This document shows positions 1-10,099 of a DNA stretch of 64,000 nucleotides, piece after piece. Positions within the stretch are counted from its first letter, which is position 1. Every line of letters begins with the position of its first letter. Location: NCBI GenBank assembly GCA_965217895.1, contig CBDCJV010000002.1, positions 5,056,001 through 5,120,000 of the forward strand. The letters run 5' to 3'. The position numbers and the translations under genes were made by a program. Source of the DNA: Waterburya sp. Lineage in GTDB: Bacteria > Cyanobacteriota > Cyanobacteriia > Cyanobacteriales > Xenococcaceae. The notes under the pieces were generated by a model. That model was not told the DNA's origin. It made no database searches and was given only the letters and a program-made list of their open reading frames with translations.

Positions 1-755
1 TGTTTTACTTGGTTACAACCTACCGCTCTGACTAAGGTTTCTATGCCTTTGCGATGATCGAATCGTCCTACGTACAAAACAATTTGGGCTTCTGGTTCGA
101 TCTCTAATTTTGCTCTACTTTCTAGCCGAGATACACTGCCAAAACGCTCGATATCAGTTCCACAGGGAATCACGGTAATGTTTCCTTTTGGTGATACTAA
201 TCGCATATCTTCTTGCTCTTGGGGCGAAGTGGCAATGATCATATCAGCAGTTTCTAAGCACTGTTTTTCTATTTCTAAACGGGTTTTGGATATTTGCGGT
301 ATATTTTTAATCGCTTTATATTTAACCGCACCCAATGAATGATATGTATGCAAGAGCTTACTCGACTGGCGTTTTTTTAGCTCCATTCCCACCCAAGCAG
401 AAAGCCAGTAGTTGGTGTGAATAAGGGGATAAATAGTATCTTGCTGTGCTTGAAACTCTAAAAAAGCTGTGACAAACTCTGGTAGATGCTGAAAAATTGC
501 TTGTCTTTTAATAAATTTTTTTGCTCCTGCAACTAGACGAATTGTGCGACAGTTCGGACTATGTTCCACAATTGCTGCTTGCTCTTGGCTACTGCGACGG
601 GTAAACATATCTACTTGCCAACCCAAACGGGCTAGTGCTTCTCCTACCTTTTTGACATATACATTTTGCCCCCCTGCTTCTTCTTCTCCTATGTCAATAG
701 CAGGATCGCCGTGAACTGAAATGAGAGCTATTTTTTTTTTGTTGTTAGGAAGCAT
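1..755 (-). CDS. GT4-family glycosyltransferase (sucrose-phosphate synthase/MshA-like), runs off the window edge
   Basis: Not in the ORF track. Read manually from ATG at 755: MLPNNKKKIALISVHGDPAIDIGEEEAGGQNVYVKKVGEALARLGWQVDMFTRR, with the HGDP..AGGQNVYV and HTNYWLS motifs typical of this family. Confidence 0.85.
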   Translation of the reverse strand, partial: MLPNNKKKIALISVHGDPAIDIGEEEAGGQNVYVKKVGEALARLGWQVDMFTRRSSQEQAAIVEHSPNCRTIRLVAGAKKFIKRQAIFQHLPEFVTAFLEFQAQQDTIYPLIHTNYWLSAWVGMELKKRQSSKLLHTYHSLGAVKYKAIKNIPQISKTRLEIEKQCLETADMIIATSPQEQEDMRLVSPKGNITVIPCGTDIERFGSVSRLESRAKLEIEPEAQIVLYVGRFDHRKGIETLVRAVGCNQVK

Positions 756-1263
756 AACCTTGGCACTATTATATGAACTGTTTCAATAATTGGTATGTTA
801 AAATAACAGCCTGGTCAGGGCAAAAAAGATATCATATCTGCAAAAATTAGACTCAACAACAAATGTGCTGTGCAAATATTATTGGAGATTTTGCTTTCTT
901 TGCGTTTAATAGCATTAGATTTTTATTGCTTAGATAAAACTGTTATTCTTTAAAGTTATTAATATTTGTCTGACCATACATCTTTCCCTGGTCGTACTTT
1001 GATTTACTAAATCTAATATTTAGTATTAGGATAACTAACAAAAAAACTAGAGCTTACCCTACAAAAGTTAGATGTGTGTTTTTTTTCCTCGAGCTAAGAT
1101 ATGCAAAAATACATAAACAAAAGAGGAACGAGGGTAAATATAAATAATAGACAGCAAAAAACCCGCCTCGCATTTGTTTATTACTTAAGATTGCCAGACC
1201 ATAGGCAAAATTATATTGAAAAAAATCAGAATTAGTTTCAAACAATAAATAAAATAATTATAT

Positions 1264-2124
1264 ATGAGATGGTTTTACGATCGCTTTTTGGAACTAATTA
1301 TCTATCCTAGTGTTTGGGTGGCTGCTGCGATCGCGTCTTTGGGAATATACACCCAAAAAATATTAGAATTGGGTTATGATTGGCAACCAATCGTTTTGAT
1401 TTTTGCTTCTGCTTTAATACCCTACAATTTAGACCGTATTTTCGACTCCCATATACAAGAAATACCTGATACTAAAACTCAGTTATTTTTTCGACAGCCT
1501 TATATTTGGATTTTATTATGTACGGCGATCGCTATTACGGTTATGCTATTGTACAATGCCCCTACGAATGTTGGCTTGGTTAGTACTGCAGGTATTGTTC
1601 CTTTACTTTACGGTACACCAATATTCCCTTGGAAGCGAAAGTCTAAATGGCAGTGGTATCGCCTCAAAGACATTCCTGGTTCAAAAGCTTGGATTGTTGG
1701 CGGTATCTTAACCTATGCAGTAGTTGCTTTACCAATAGCTTATGCAGGTTCACAATTCGATTCTATAGCAGCATTAGTTACTTTATTTTTGTTCGTTTTT
1801 ATTGTGACTAATTCTCATGCTTTTGATATTCGAGATATTCAATCCGATTTAAAAAAAGGTGTAGTTACTTTGCCCATCATGGCGGGAGTTAAAAACACAA
1901 AAATAATTTTGACGGTAATGAATATATCGACTTTGCTAATCATAATCACCTCATGGATAACAGGTATTATGGCTTACCATCCAGAGATGATTATAGCTAT
2001 AGCAGTTAATCTCATTTATATTTGGAAGATAAGCACAGATACTCCTCGTTGGGTTTATGGTATTTGGATTGAAGGGCTGTTATTTGTGCCGATATTAGGT
2101 AGTAGTCCGTCAAAATTGTTTTAA
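1264..2124 (+). CDS. UbiA prenyltransferase family membrane protein
   Basis: Multiple hydrophobic helices, YNLDRIFD and the aspartate-rich DIRDIQSD..GVVTLP motif. Confidence 0.75.
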   Translation: MRWFYDRFLELIIYPSVWVAAAIASLGIYTQKILELGYDWQPIVLIFASALIPYNLDRIFDSHIQEIPDTKTQLFFRQPYIWILLCTAIAITVMLLYNAPTNVGLVSTAGIVPLLYGTPIFPWKRKSKWQWYRLKDIPGSKAWIVGGILTYAVVALPIAYAGSQFDSIAALVTLFLFVFIVTNSHAFDIRDIQSDLKKGVVTLPIMAGVKNTKIILTVMNISTLLIIITSWITGIMAYHPEMIIAIAVNLIYIWKISTDTPRWVYGIWIEGLLFVPILGSSPSKLF

Positions 2125-2178
2125 GGAGTAATTGAGGTAGTGGGGTGTTTGAGGTAGGGATTAATAGTTGCTAATTTT

Positions 2179-2772
2179 ATGAAAAATTTTCAAGTTGGAT
2201 TAATTTTATTAGCTGCGGGGGAGTCAAAAAGAATGGGAACGCCCAAGCAGTTATTATCTTACCAAGAACGTAGTTTGATTCGTCATGCTGCTAGAGAGGC
2301 AGTAGCTTCCAACTGTAATCCAATTGTGGTAGTTTTAGGGGCTTATAGCGATCGCATTTTCCCCGAATTAAATAATTTGCCAGTGCATATTTGCCAAAAT
2401 CCTGACTGGAAAATAGGTATGAGTTCCTCAATCTCCTTGGGCATAAAAACCTTAACCACAATTTATTCTGACATTTATGCGGTGGTTATTGCTTTAGCCG
2501 ATCAACCTTTTGTTACTGCCACAGTCTACAACAGGCTAATACAGCGTTATCTAGAGACTGGGCAAAAAGCAGTAGCTTCAATTTATGCTGATACTATTGG
2601 TGTGCCAGCTTTATTCGATCGCGCTCTTTTTCCAAAATTACATAGCATTGAAAAAAGAGGTGCCAAACAAATGCTAAATAATTATAGCGATCGCGCCTTG
2701 AATCTCAACGTACCTGAAGCTGCGATCGATATTGACACTCCTGCTGACTTTCAAAATCTATTAAATCTATGA
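2179..2772 (+). CDS. Molybdenum cofactor cytidylyltransferase-like (MocA/MobA NTP-transferase) protein
   Basis: N-terminal LLAAGESKRMGTPKQLL, GMSSSI, LADQP and C-terminal DIDTPAD motifs. Confidence 0.8.
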   Translation: MKNFQVGLILLAAGESKRMGTPKQLLSYQERSLIRHAAREAVASNCNPIVVVLGAYSDRIFPELNNLPVHICQNPDWKIGMSSSISLGIKTLTTIYSDIYAVVIALADQPFVTATVYNRLIQRYLETGQKAVASIYADTIGVPALFDRALFPKLHSIEKRGAKQMLNNYSDRALNLNVPEAAIDIDTPADFQNLLNL

Positions 2773-2775
2773 TTT

Positions 2776-3210
2776 ATGACTAATACTTTAAAAAAGCGTC
2801 GCCAATATCAGCAAATAATATTATCTCACTCTAGAAACCCACGTCATCTCGGTCAAACCAACCCAATTCATCTGTGTCACAAAGGTGAAAACCCCTATTG
2901 TGGGGATGCTGTAGGAATAACCATTGCCTTAAATGGAGCGAAAAATATGATTGAAGACATTAAATTTCAGGGTTCTGGCTGTGCTTTGTGTATTGCCTCT
3001 GCCGATCTAATGGCGGAGACTGTCAAAGGAAAAACTATAGACGAAGTATTAGAAATAGTTAAGCAATTTCATCAGGTAATTTTAGGTCAAGCTGAATTAA
3101 CATCATCTTTACAGCATCTCAAAGCAATAGAAGGTGCTAAACGCTATCCAGTTAAGGCTAAATGTACGATTTTGGCTTGGCATACTTTAAAAGCAGCAAT
3201 TTCCGAGTAG
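2776..3210 (+). CDS. sufU: SufU/NifU-N family Fe-S assembly (sulfur-transfer) protein
   Basis: NPYCGD, FQGSGCALCIASA and KC..LAWH motifs; starts 3 nt after the preceding gene. Confidence 0.8.
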   Translation: MTNTLKKRRQYQQIILSHSRNPRHLGQTNPIHLCHKGENPYCGDAVGITIALNGAKNMIEDIKFQGSGCALCIASADLMAETVKGKTIDEVLEIVKQFHQVILGQAELTSSLQHLKAIEGAKRYPVKAKCTILAWHTLKAAISE

Positions 3211-3238
3211 ATCGATATTACCCATCGAGTTTATTCTC

Positions 3239-4057
3239 TTAAACAAAAACGCGGTGTTGCAAAGAAGGCATTTGTTGTCGTACCTGCTGTAAACGATAAG
3301 GATTGATTTCGGCTATGGCTACTCCTGGAGCATTGCCTGCATCCGCTAAGATTACTCCCCAAGGGTCGATAATCATAGCATGACCATGAGTGTAGCGACG
3401 TTCGTAATGGTTGCCTGTTTGGGCAGGGGCGATAACGTAGCAAGTATTTTCGATCGCTCTTGCCTGTAATAGTACCTGCCAGTGATCTTTGCCAGTAAAA
3501 GCGGTAAAGGCAGCAGGAATAAATAGTACGTCTGCTCCCTGATGGGATAAGTAGCGGTAAAATTCAGGAAAGCGAACATCGTAACAGATGGATAAACCCA
3601 GTTTTCCTAGCTGTGGAGAGTCATAAATCGGCGGAATTCTTTCCCCAGCCATAACGGTGCTAGATTCTTGATAAGTATTGCCATCAGGGACGTTAACATC
3701 AAACAGATGAACTTTCTGATAGTGAACAGCCTGTTGACCATCGGGGGTAACTAAAACCGCTGTATTATAGGCTTTTTCTGGGTTATCTGCTACGGGAACA
3801 GGGAAACCACCACCTAAAATTGTGATTTGAAACCTCTGCGCCATTTTTTTGAGAAACTGCTCGGATTTGACCGCAATTTCCTTTGCTTGAGCAACTTTGT
3901 CTACTTCTTGACCTAAGAAAGCAAAATTTTCTGGCAGGCTAACTAATTCTGCACCTTTACGAACTGCTAGCTCGATTAATTCTTCTGCCTCGACCAAGTT
4001 TTTGCCTAGGTCAGGTTTACTGGTCATTTGAACAGCGGCGGCAAGATATGACTTCAT
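3239..4057 (-). CDS. Carbon-nitrogen hydrolase (Nit1-like deaminated-glutathione amidase)
   Basis: Catalytic triad motifs LPEN, YQKVHLFD and ICYDVRFPE; AFTAFTGKDHW. Confidence 0.85.
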   Translation of the reverse strand: MKSYLAAAVQMTSKPDLGKNLVEAEELIELAVRKGAELVSLPENFAFLGQEVDKVAQAKEIAVKSEQFLKKMAQRFQITILGGGFPVPVADNPEKAYNTAVLVTPDGQQAVHYQKVHLFDVNVPDGNTYQESSTVMAGERIPPIYDSPQLGKLGLSICYDVRFPEFYRYLSHQGADVLFIPAAFTAFTGKDHWQVLLQARAIENTCYVIAPAQTGNHYERRYTHGHAMIIDPWGVILADAGNAPGVAIAEINPYRLQQVRQQMPSLQHRVFV

Positions 4058-4134
4058 GGAGAAACTTAATTTTTAGATAGTTGATTCTGAGATATGGCTC
4101 AAAGATTAAATTTAGAAACCGTATTTAACCCTAT

Positions 4135-4551
4135 TTATAAAGTAAATTCAGTAAATCCTTCTGGAAGCAATTCTTTAATAGTTAAATTTTGCCAGCCCTG
4201 ACTTCCCTGAAAAATAATCTCAGTCTGTTGTCCAAACTCCCAGATTACTTGACGACAAGCTCCACAAGGCGAGCAGGGTATATTTTGACTATTAGTTACG
4301 GCGATCGCTCTTATCTCTATTGTATCGCCTCCTTCGGCAATTATGGCATTAGCGATCGCATTTCTTTCGGCACACACGCCCAGTCCATAGGAAACGTTTT
4401 CTATATTGCAACCAGCATATATTTTGCCCGTAGTTGTTAAGAGTGCTGCCCCGACTCGAAACTGCGAATAAGGCGCATAGGCTTTGGTTAGTGCTTGAGT
4501 TGCAGCTTCGATCAACTGTTGTTCTGATTCACTTAAAGCAGATTTGTTCAT
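4135..4551 (-). CDS. cdd: Cytidine deaminase (tetrameric type)
   Basis: AYAPYSQFRVGAAL, CAERNAI and PCGACRQ zinc motifs. Confidence 0.92.
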   Translation of the reverse strand: MNKSALSESEQQLIEAATQALTKAYAPYSQFRVGAALLTTTGKIYAGCNIENVSYGLGVCAERNAIANAIIAEGGDTIEIRAIAVTNSQNIPCSPCGACRQVIWEFGQQTEIIFQGSQGWQNLTIKELLPEGFTEFTL

Positions 4552-4555
4552 TAAG

Positions 4556-4686
4556 TATAGTCATTCCAATTAATTTCCTTATGGTAGTTTTGTATTGATT
4601 GTCAGGTTGAATATTATTTGCTACTTGCTATTTGCTACTTGCTACTTTCTTCAAAGATAATCTGGTTGCTATTTAAAATGACTATA
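4556..4686. mobile_element. MITE-like element with TATAGTCATT terminal inverted repeats and an internal TTGCTAY heptamer tandem
   Basis: TATAGTCATT at 4556 and AATGACTATA ending at 4686. The 25 nt at 4555-4579 recur exactly at 54921-54945. Confidence 0.55.
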
Positions 4687-4691
4687 ATTTT

Positions 4692-5783
4692 TTATTTCCC
4701 TACAGCAGAAGCAAGGTTTTGCTTAACTTCTGGTCTACCATCTCTAACCGCAGCAGCCAGAGAATGAAGCATTGTTTGGGTTGTTGACCAATTGACGCAG
4801 GCATCAGTAATGCTCTGACCATAAACCAGAGATGAGCGATCTTTAGATATGGGCTGACTACCTTCTACTAAATGGCTTTCAATCATGACTCCCACAACTT
4901 GAGGTGAACCTGTTTCAATTTGCTGAACAATATTATCTAAAACCGTAACCTGTTTGGTAAAATCTTTGCTGCTGTTGCCATGACTACAATCAATCATCAA
5001 ACGTGAATTCATTGCTTTCTTTTTCAAAGCATTACAGGCTGCTTCAATATCGCTGGCTTCGTAGTTGGGTTTTTTAGCACCACCTCTTAAGACTAGATGT
5101 CCATCGGGATTACCTGTAGTTTTGACTATACTAGCTAGACCATCTTGGTTGATACCCAAAAAGTGGTGAGATATCTTGGCAGTGAGCATAGCGTTAATGG
5201 CAGCAGTAAAGCTACCGTCTGTACCGTTTTTATAGCCGACGGGCATTGATAAGCCAGAAGCCATTTGACGATGAATTTGGCTTTCGGTAGTTCTCGCACC
5301 AATAGCCGTCCAGCAAATTAAATCAGCAATATACTGAGGCGTAATCGGATCTAATAGTTCTGTAGCAGCGGGTAAACCTATATCTGCTAAATCGATCAAT
5401 AGTTTTCTGGCGGTTCGTAAACCTGTATTAATATCGTAGCTGTTGTTTAAATGAGGGTCGTTAATTAATCCTTTCCAGCCTACGGTGGTGCGAGGTTTTT
5501 CAAAATAGACTCGCATTACAATTTCTAGGTGATCTTGCAGTTGCGATCGCAACTTGACCAAGTTCTCGCCATATTCTTTGGCTGCTGCAACGTCATGAAT
5601 AGAACAAGGGCCGACTACAACTAAAATTCTTTGGTCTTTGCCTTCTAATATATTACGAATACGATTTCGAGTTTGGGTTACTAGCCCGGCGGCTTTTGGT
5701 TGTAGAGGTAATTCGCTTTTGAGGAAGGCTGGGCTTAACAAAGGTCTGGTTTCAATAACGTGCAGGTCGCTGGTAATATCCAT
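4692..5783 (-). CDS. aroF: 3-deoxy-7-phosphoheptulonate (DAHP) synthase, class I-alpha
   Basis: VGPCSIHD, RVYFEKPRTTVGWKGLINDP, IGARTTESQ, DCSHGNS and YGQSITDAC motifs. Confidence 0.92.
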   Translation of the reverse strand: MDITSDLHVIETRPLLSPAFLKSELPLQPKAAGLVTQTRNRIRNILEGKDQRILVVVGPCSIHDVAAAKEYGENLVKLRSQLQDHLEIVMRVYFEKPRTTVGWKGLINDPHLNNSYDINTGLRTARKLLIDLADIGLPAATELLDPITPQYIADLICWTAIGARTTESQIHRQMASGLSMPVGYKNGTDGSFTAAINAMLTAKISHHFLGINQDGLASIVKTTGNPDGHLVLRGGAKKPNYEASDIEAACNALKKKAMNSRLMIDCSHGNSSKDFTKQVTVLDNIVQQIETGSPQVVGVMIESHLVEGSQPISKDRSSLVYGQSITDACVNWSTTQTMLHSLAAAVRDGRPEVKQNLASAVGK

Positions 5784-5850
5784 ATTTTAAAATACTGCTT
5801 TTTTGAGAACTTCTTGAGGGAATAAACTGATAACCATTTAATCAGTAATC

Positions 5851-5882
5851 AGTTAAAGGCGATTGACGAATCGCCTTTAACT
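5851..5882. repeat. Perfect 14-bp-stem palindrome (REP-like)
   Basis: AGTTAAAGGCGATT-GACG-AATCGCCTTTAACT in the divergent intergenic region. Confidence 0.7.
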
Positions 5883-6021
5883 ATTTTGACATCTTTACTA
5901 GTTTCTTGTAATTTCGGCTATAGTTTACAATTTTTTTAGATTAAGTCTTGCTGCAAATAAAAAAACAACAGTTATCCTGTTAAAGATATAAATTAATCAT
6001 ATTTACTTAAAGCTGACTTTT

Positions 6022-7014
6022 ATGGGCATTCATATTGTTACTGGTGTTGCAGGATTTATTGGTTCTCACTTAGCAGAAGCTTTATTACAACAAGGTTTGG
6101 AAGTGATTGGCATCGATCAATTTAATGATTATTATGATTGCCAGTTAAAACAAGACAATCTGATTAACCTTGAAGCAAATGCTCGTTTTAAGCTAATCAA
6201 AGCTAATATTCAAGATCTAGATTGGCAGCAACTTTTACAGCAGGTAGATATAGTTTATCATCAAGCGGCACAGGCAGGAGTTAGAACTAGTTGGGGAGAA
6301 GGATTTGGGCAATATACAGCCAGAAATATTAATGCTACTCAAGTAATTTTAGAAGCAGCGAAACAAGCCAAATCTTTAAAGAGAATAGTTTACGCTTCAA
6401 GCTCATCAATTTATGGTGACGCAGCAACTATGCCAACTCCCGAAACTCTTTGTCCTCAACCAGTTTCTCCCTATGGCATTACGAAGCTAGCAGGAGAACA
6501 GCTATGCTGGCTTTATCATCAGAATTTTGATGTACCTGTTACTGCTTTACGTTACTTTACTGTATACGGACCGCGCCAGCGACCAGATATGGCTTTTCAT
6601 AAATTTTTTAAAGCAGCAATAAACCACGAAGCTATTGATATTTATGGTGATGGACAACAAACCAGAGACTATACCTATGTCAGTGATATTGTGGCAGCTA
6701 ATCTGGCTGCGGGAGAAATGCCAAAAGCTATAGGGGAAGTGTTTAATATTGGTGGCGGTAGCCGAGTAACTTTAATTAAGCTACTAACCATGATGGAGCA
6801 AGTAATGGGGCGGTCAATTCGTAAAAGATATATTGAGCAAGCAGCAGGGGATGCCCGCCATACCAGTGCTGATATCGCCAAAGCCAAAGAAATATTAGGT
6901 TATAAACCTCAAGTTTCTTTGATGACAGGTTTGATCGAGCAATGGCAATGGATTCAACCTCTGTATCAACCTTTGGACTTCCAGGCAGAAAGACTTGCAT
7001 CTACGAATAATTAA
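6022..7014 (+). CDS. NAD-dependent nucleotide-sugar epimerase/dehydratase
   Basis: TGVAGFIGSH, ASSSSIYG, SPYGITK and RYFTVYGPRQRPDMA motifs. Confidence 0.9.
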   Translation: MGIHIVTGVAGFIGSHLAEALLQQGLEVIGIDQFNDYYDCQLKQDNLINLEANARFKLIKANIQDLDWQQLLQQVDIVYHQAAQAGVRTSWGEGFGQYTARNINATQVILEAAKQAKSLKRIVYASSSSIYGDAATMPTPETLCPQPVSPYGITKLAGEQLCWLYHQNFDVPVTALRYFTVYGPRQRPDMAFHKFFKAAINHEAIDIYGDGQQTRDYTYVSDIVAANLAAGEMPKAIGEVFNIGGGSRVTLIKLLTMMEQVMGRSIRKRYIEQAAGDARHTSADIAKAKEILGYKPQVSLMTGLIEQWQWIQPLYQPLDFQAERLASTNN

Positions 7015-7026
7015 ATCAGCAATGAT

Positions 7027-10000
7027 ATGACATTTAACGAAGATACTAGAGTTAAAATTCCAACCATCCTGCATTTGAACCGTTTAGGCTACACCTACTT
7101 GTCATTAAAAAGCAATCCTAAACGGGATGAAGAAACTAATATATTTACAGATCTATTTAAAAAAAGCGTTGCAGATATAAATGAAGGGATTGAAAATCGC
7201 GATCTTGATAATCTGATTAAGGATATAAAGCTATCGTTGGATAACGAAGATTTAGGTAAAGCCTTTTATCAAATGCTTGTGGAGAAATCGGGCATTAAAC
7301 TTATTGATTTCAAAGACTTTTCCAGAAATCAATTTCAGGTTGTGACTGAGTTGACCTACAAAAATGGTGATGAGGAATTTAGACCAGATATTACTTTGTT
7401 AATCAATGGTATGCCATTGGTGTTTATCGAGGTGAAGAAACCCAATAATAGAGAAGGTGTTTTAGCAGAGCGCGATCGCCTTAATCAGCGCCTTCGATCG
7501 GCTAAGTTTCGTCGCTTTATTAATATTACTCAGTTGATGGTTTTTTCTAACAACATGGAATATGACGATGATTCACAGCACCCCATAGAAGGAGCATTCT
7601 ATGCTTCAGCTTCTTATCATCAGCCGATTTTTAATTACTTTCGAGAAGAAAAACAACTTAATTTATCTGACTTACTAGCACCAGAAGATGAGCGGCGAGA
7701 AAATGCCATTTTAAAAGATACTAATTGCAACATCATCAAACACAGTCCAGAGTTTATTACTAATAAAAATCCTGATGCACCAACTAACCGCATCTGCACT
7801 TCATTGTTTAGTAAAGACAGACTAGGGTTTTTACTGCAATATGCGATCGCCTATGTCAATGAAGCTGACGGTGTGGAAAAGCATATCATGCGCTATCCAC
7901 AGATTTTTGCTACCAAAGCGATCGCTAAAAAATTAGCTGAAGGTGTACGCAAGGGTATCATCTGGCACACTCAGGGTAGCGGTAAAACTGCCTTAGCTTA
8001 TTATAGTGTTCGGTTTTTAACAGATTATTTTAGTCAGCGATCGCTTATTCCTAAGTTTTATTTTATTGTTGACCGCTTGGACTTGCGAGATCAAGCACAT
8101 CGAGAGTTTACTGGTCGTGGCTTGATTGTTCATAGTATTAATTCGCGAGATGAATTTGCCCAAGATATCAAATCTACCAGCGTCATTCATAATAATTCAG
8201 GTAAGCCAGAAATTACCGTAGTTAATATCCAAAAGTTTAAAGACGATCCTGACGTTGTTCGTACCGATGATTACGATGTCAAGATTCAGCGTGTATATTT
8301 CCTGGATGAAGTGCATCGTAGCTATAACCCCAGGGGGAGTTTTTTAGCTAACCTGAGTCAATCTGACACAAACGCGATCAAAATAGGCTTAACAGGTACT
8401 CCCCTATTGGGTGATGATTACAATTCCAAAGCTTTGTTTGGTGATTATATTCACAAATACTATTACAACGCTTCCATTGCTGATGGTTATACTCTGCGCT
8501 TGATTCGTGAAGAAATTGCTACTAACTACAGGATGACATTGCAACAGGCTCTCGAAGAAGTAGAAGTCATGGAAGGGGATGTAAATAAAAAGCTTGTCTA
8601 TGCTCATCCTCGCTTTGTAGAGCCGATGCTTGATTATATTATCGCCGATTTTGAACGTAGTCGGGCTGTATTGAGCGATCGCACCATTGGCGGTATGGTT
8701 ATTTGTGATAGCTCAAATCAAGCTAAACAGATGTTTAAGATCTTCGAGGCAAAATACCAAGCTCAAGCTGATAACGAGACTGGACAAGCGGTTAATCATA
8801 ATTCACAACTAAAACAAAATAACAAAGTTAGAAACGCTGCCTTGATCTTGCATGATATTGGGACAAAAGAAGAGCGCAAACAAAAAGTAGAAGATTTCAA
8901 AGATGGCAAAATCGATTTCTTGTTTGTCTACAATATGCTGCTGACGGGGTTTGATGCTAAACGGTTGAAAAAGCTTTATCTTGGGCGTGTAATCAAAAAA
9001 CATAATCTCTTACAGGCTCTTACTCGTGTAAATCGTACCTATAAAGATTTTCGTTATGGCTATATTGTAGACTTTGCTGATATCCGTAAAGAGTTTGACG
9101 CTACTAATAGAGCCTACTTTGATGAGCTACAGGCAGAATTAGGAGATGAGATCGAACATTATTCTAATCTATTCAAATCCCAGGCTGAAATAGAAGCGGA
9201 AATCGAAAATCTCAAAGATGTTTTGTTCCGCTTTGATACTGATAATGCGGAAATTTTTTCACAGCAAATCAGTCAAATACAAGATCGCACCCAGGTACAG
9301 GCTATTAAAAAAGCTCTTGGTGATGGGAGAAGCTTGTATAACTTGATTCGAGGCTCTGGCTACTATGATTTACTAGAAAAGATTGATTTCCAAAAGCTTA
9401 ACTTGCTGTATCGAGAAACTAGTAATCACTTAGATTTGCTTAACCTGAAGGAAAATATTGCAAACAGTAATGACACTACCAACCTACTGAATTTAGCTTT
9501 GGAAGATGTCTTGTTTATGTTTACCAAAGTTAGCGAATCAGAACTGATTTTAGCAGACCAGCTTAAAAATACCTTGCGAAAGACACGGGAAGCATTAGCC
9601 AGTAACTTCGATCCTAGAGATCCTCAATTTATTAAGCTGCGAGAAGAATTAGAACGCTTGTTTAAAAAGAATAAATTGAGCGAAGTTAGTCAAGGCGAAA
9701 TGAATCAAAACATCGGTAGCCTCAATAAAATTCATGAGTCTATTAAAGAGCTTAACCGACAAAATAACCAGCTTAGAGCCAAATATCGAGGAGATATTAA
9801 ATATACTTGTATTCACAAGCGCATTCTAGAGCGTGGTAATATTTCCGAGCCAGAACGCCGTATCTATCAAGCCCTGAATGGTGTTAAAATTCAAGCCGAC
9901 GAGCAAGTGTTGCAGAATACCCAGATACTTAGTAACGAAAACTATTTCGTGCGCTTGATGATGCCAATTGTGATTAAACAGTTTATGCAGGAACAAAAAA

Positions 10001-10092
10001 TAAACCTAAATGCCGACACTTCCCGTTATATTAATGATTTGGTCGTGGAAGAATATATGAATGAGTTTAATAATACAGGGTTTGGAGCTTAG
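7027..10092 (+). CDS. hsdR: Type I restriction endonuclease subunit R
   Basis: Nuclease motif RPD..INGMPLVFIEVK, Walker A HTQGSGKT, DEVHRS, LTGTP, MLLTGFD and QALTRVNR helicase motifs. Confidence 0.93.
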   Translation: MTFNEDTRVKIPTILHLNRLGYTYLSLKSNPKRDEETNIFTDLFKKSVADINEGIENRDLDNLIKDIKLSLDNEDLGKAFYQMLVEKSGIKLIDFKDFSRNQFQVVTELTYKNGDEEFRPDITLLINGMPLVFIEVKKPNNREGVLAERDRLNQRLRSAKFRRFINITQLMVFSNNMEYDDDSQHPIEGAFYASASYHQPIFNYFREEKQLNLSDLLAPEDERRENAILKDTNCNIIKHSPEFITNKNPDAPTNRICTSLFSKDRLGFLLQYAIAYVNEADGVEKHIMRYPQIFATKAIAKKLAEGVRKGIIWHTQGSGKTALAYYSVRFLTDYFSQRSLIPKFYFIVDRLDLRDQAHREFTGRGLIVHSINSRDEFAQDIKSTSVIHNNSGKPEITVVNIQKFKDDPDVVRTDDYDVKIQRVYFLDEVHRSYNPRGSFLANLSQSDTNAIKIGLTGTPLLGDDYNSKALFGDYIHKYYYNASIADGYTLRLIREEIATNYRMTLQQALEEVEVMEGDVNKKLVYAHPRFVEPMLDYIIADFERSRAVLSDRTIGGMVICDSSNQAKQMFKIFEAKYQAQADNETGQAVNHNSQLKQNNKVRNAALILHDIGTKEERKQKVEDFKDGKIDFLFVYNMLLTGFDAKRLKKLYLGRVIKKHNLLQALTRVNRTYKDFRYGYIVDFADIRKEFDATNRAYFDELQAELGDEIEHYSNLFKSQAEIEAEIENLKDVLFRFDTDNAEIFSQQISQIQDRTQVQAIKKALGDGRSLYNLIRGSGYYDLLEKIDFQKLNLLYRETSNHLDLLNLKENIANSNDTTNLLNLALEDVLFMFTKVSESELILADQLKNTLRKTREALASNFDPRDPQFIKLREELERLFKKNKLSEVSQGEMNQNIGSLNKIHESIKELNRQNNQLRAKYRGDIKYTCIHKRILERGNISEPERRIYQALNGVKIQADEQVLQNTQILSNENYFVRLMMPIVIKQFMQEQKINLNADTSRYINDLVVEEYMNEFNNTGFGA

Positions 10093-10099
10093 GGATTAA

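Noticed and set aside
1054..1245. 63-aa minus-strand ORF
   Set aside because: Low-complexity AT-rich translation in a divergent promoter region with no motif.
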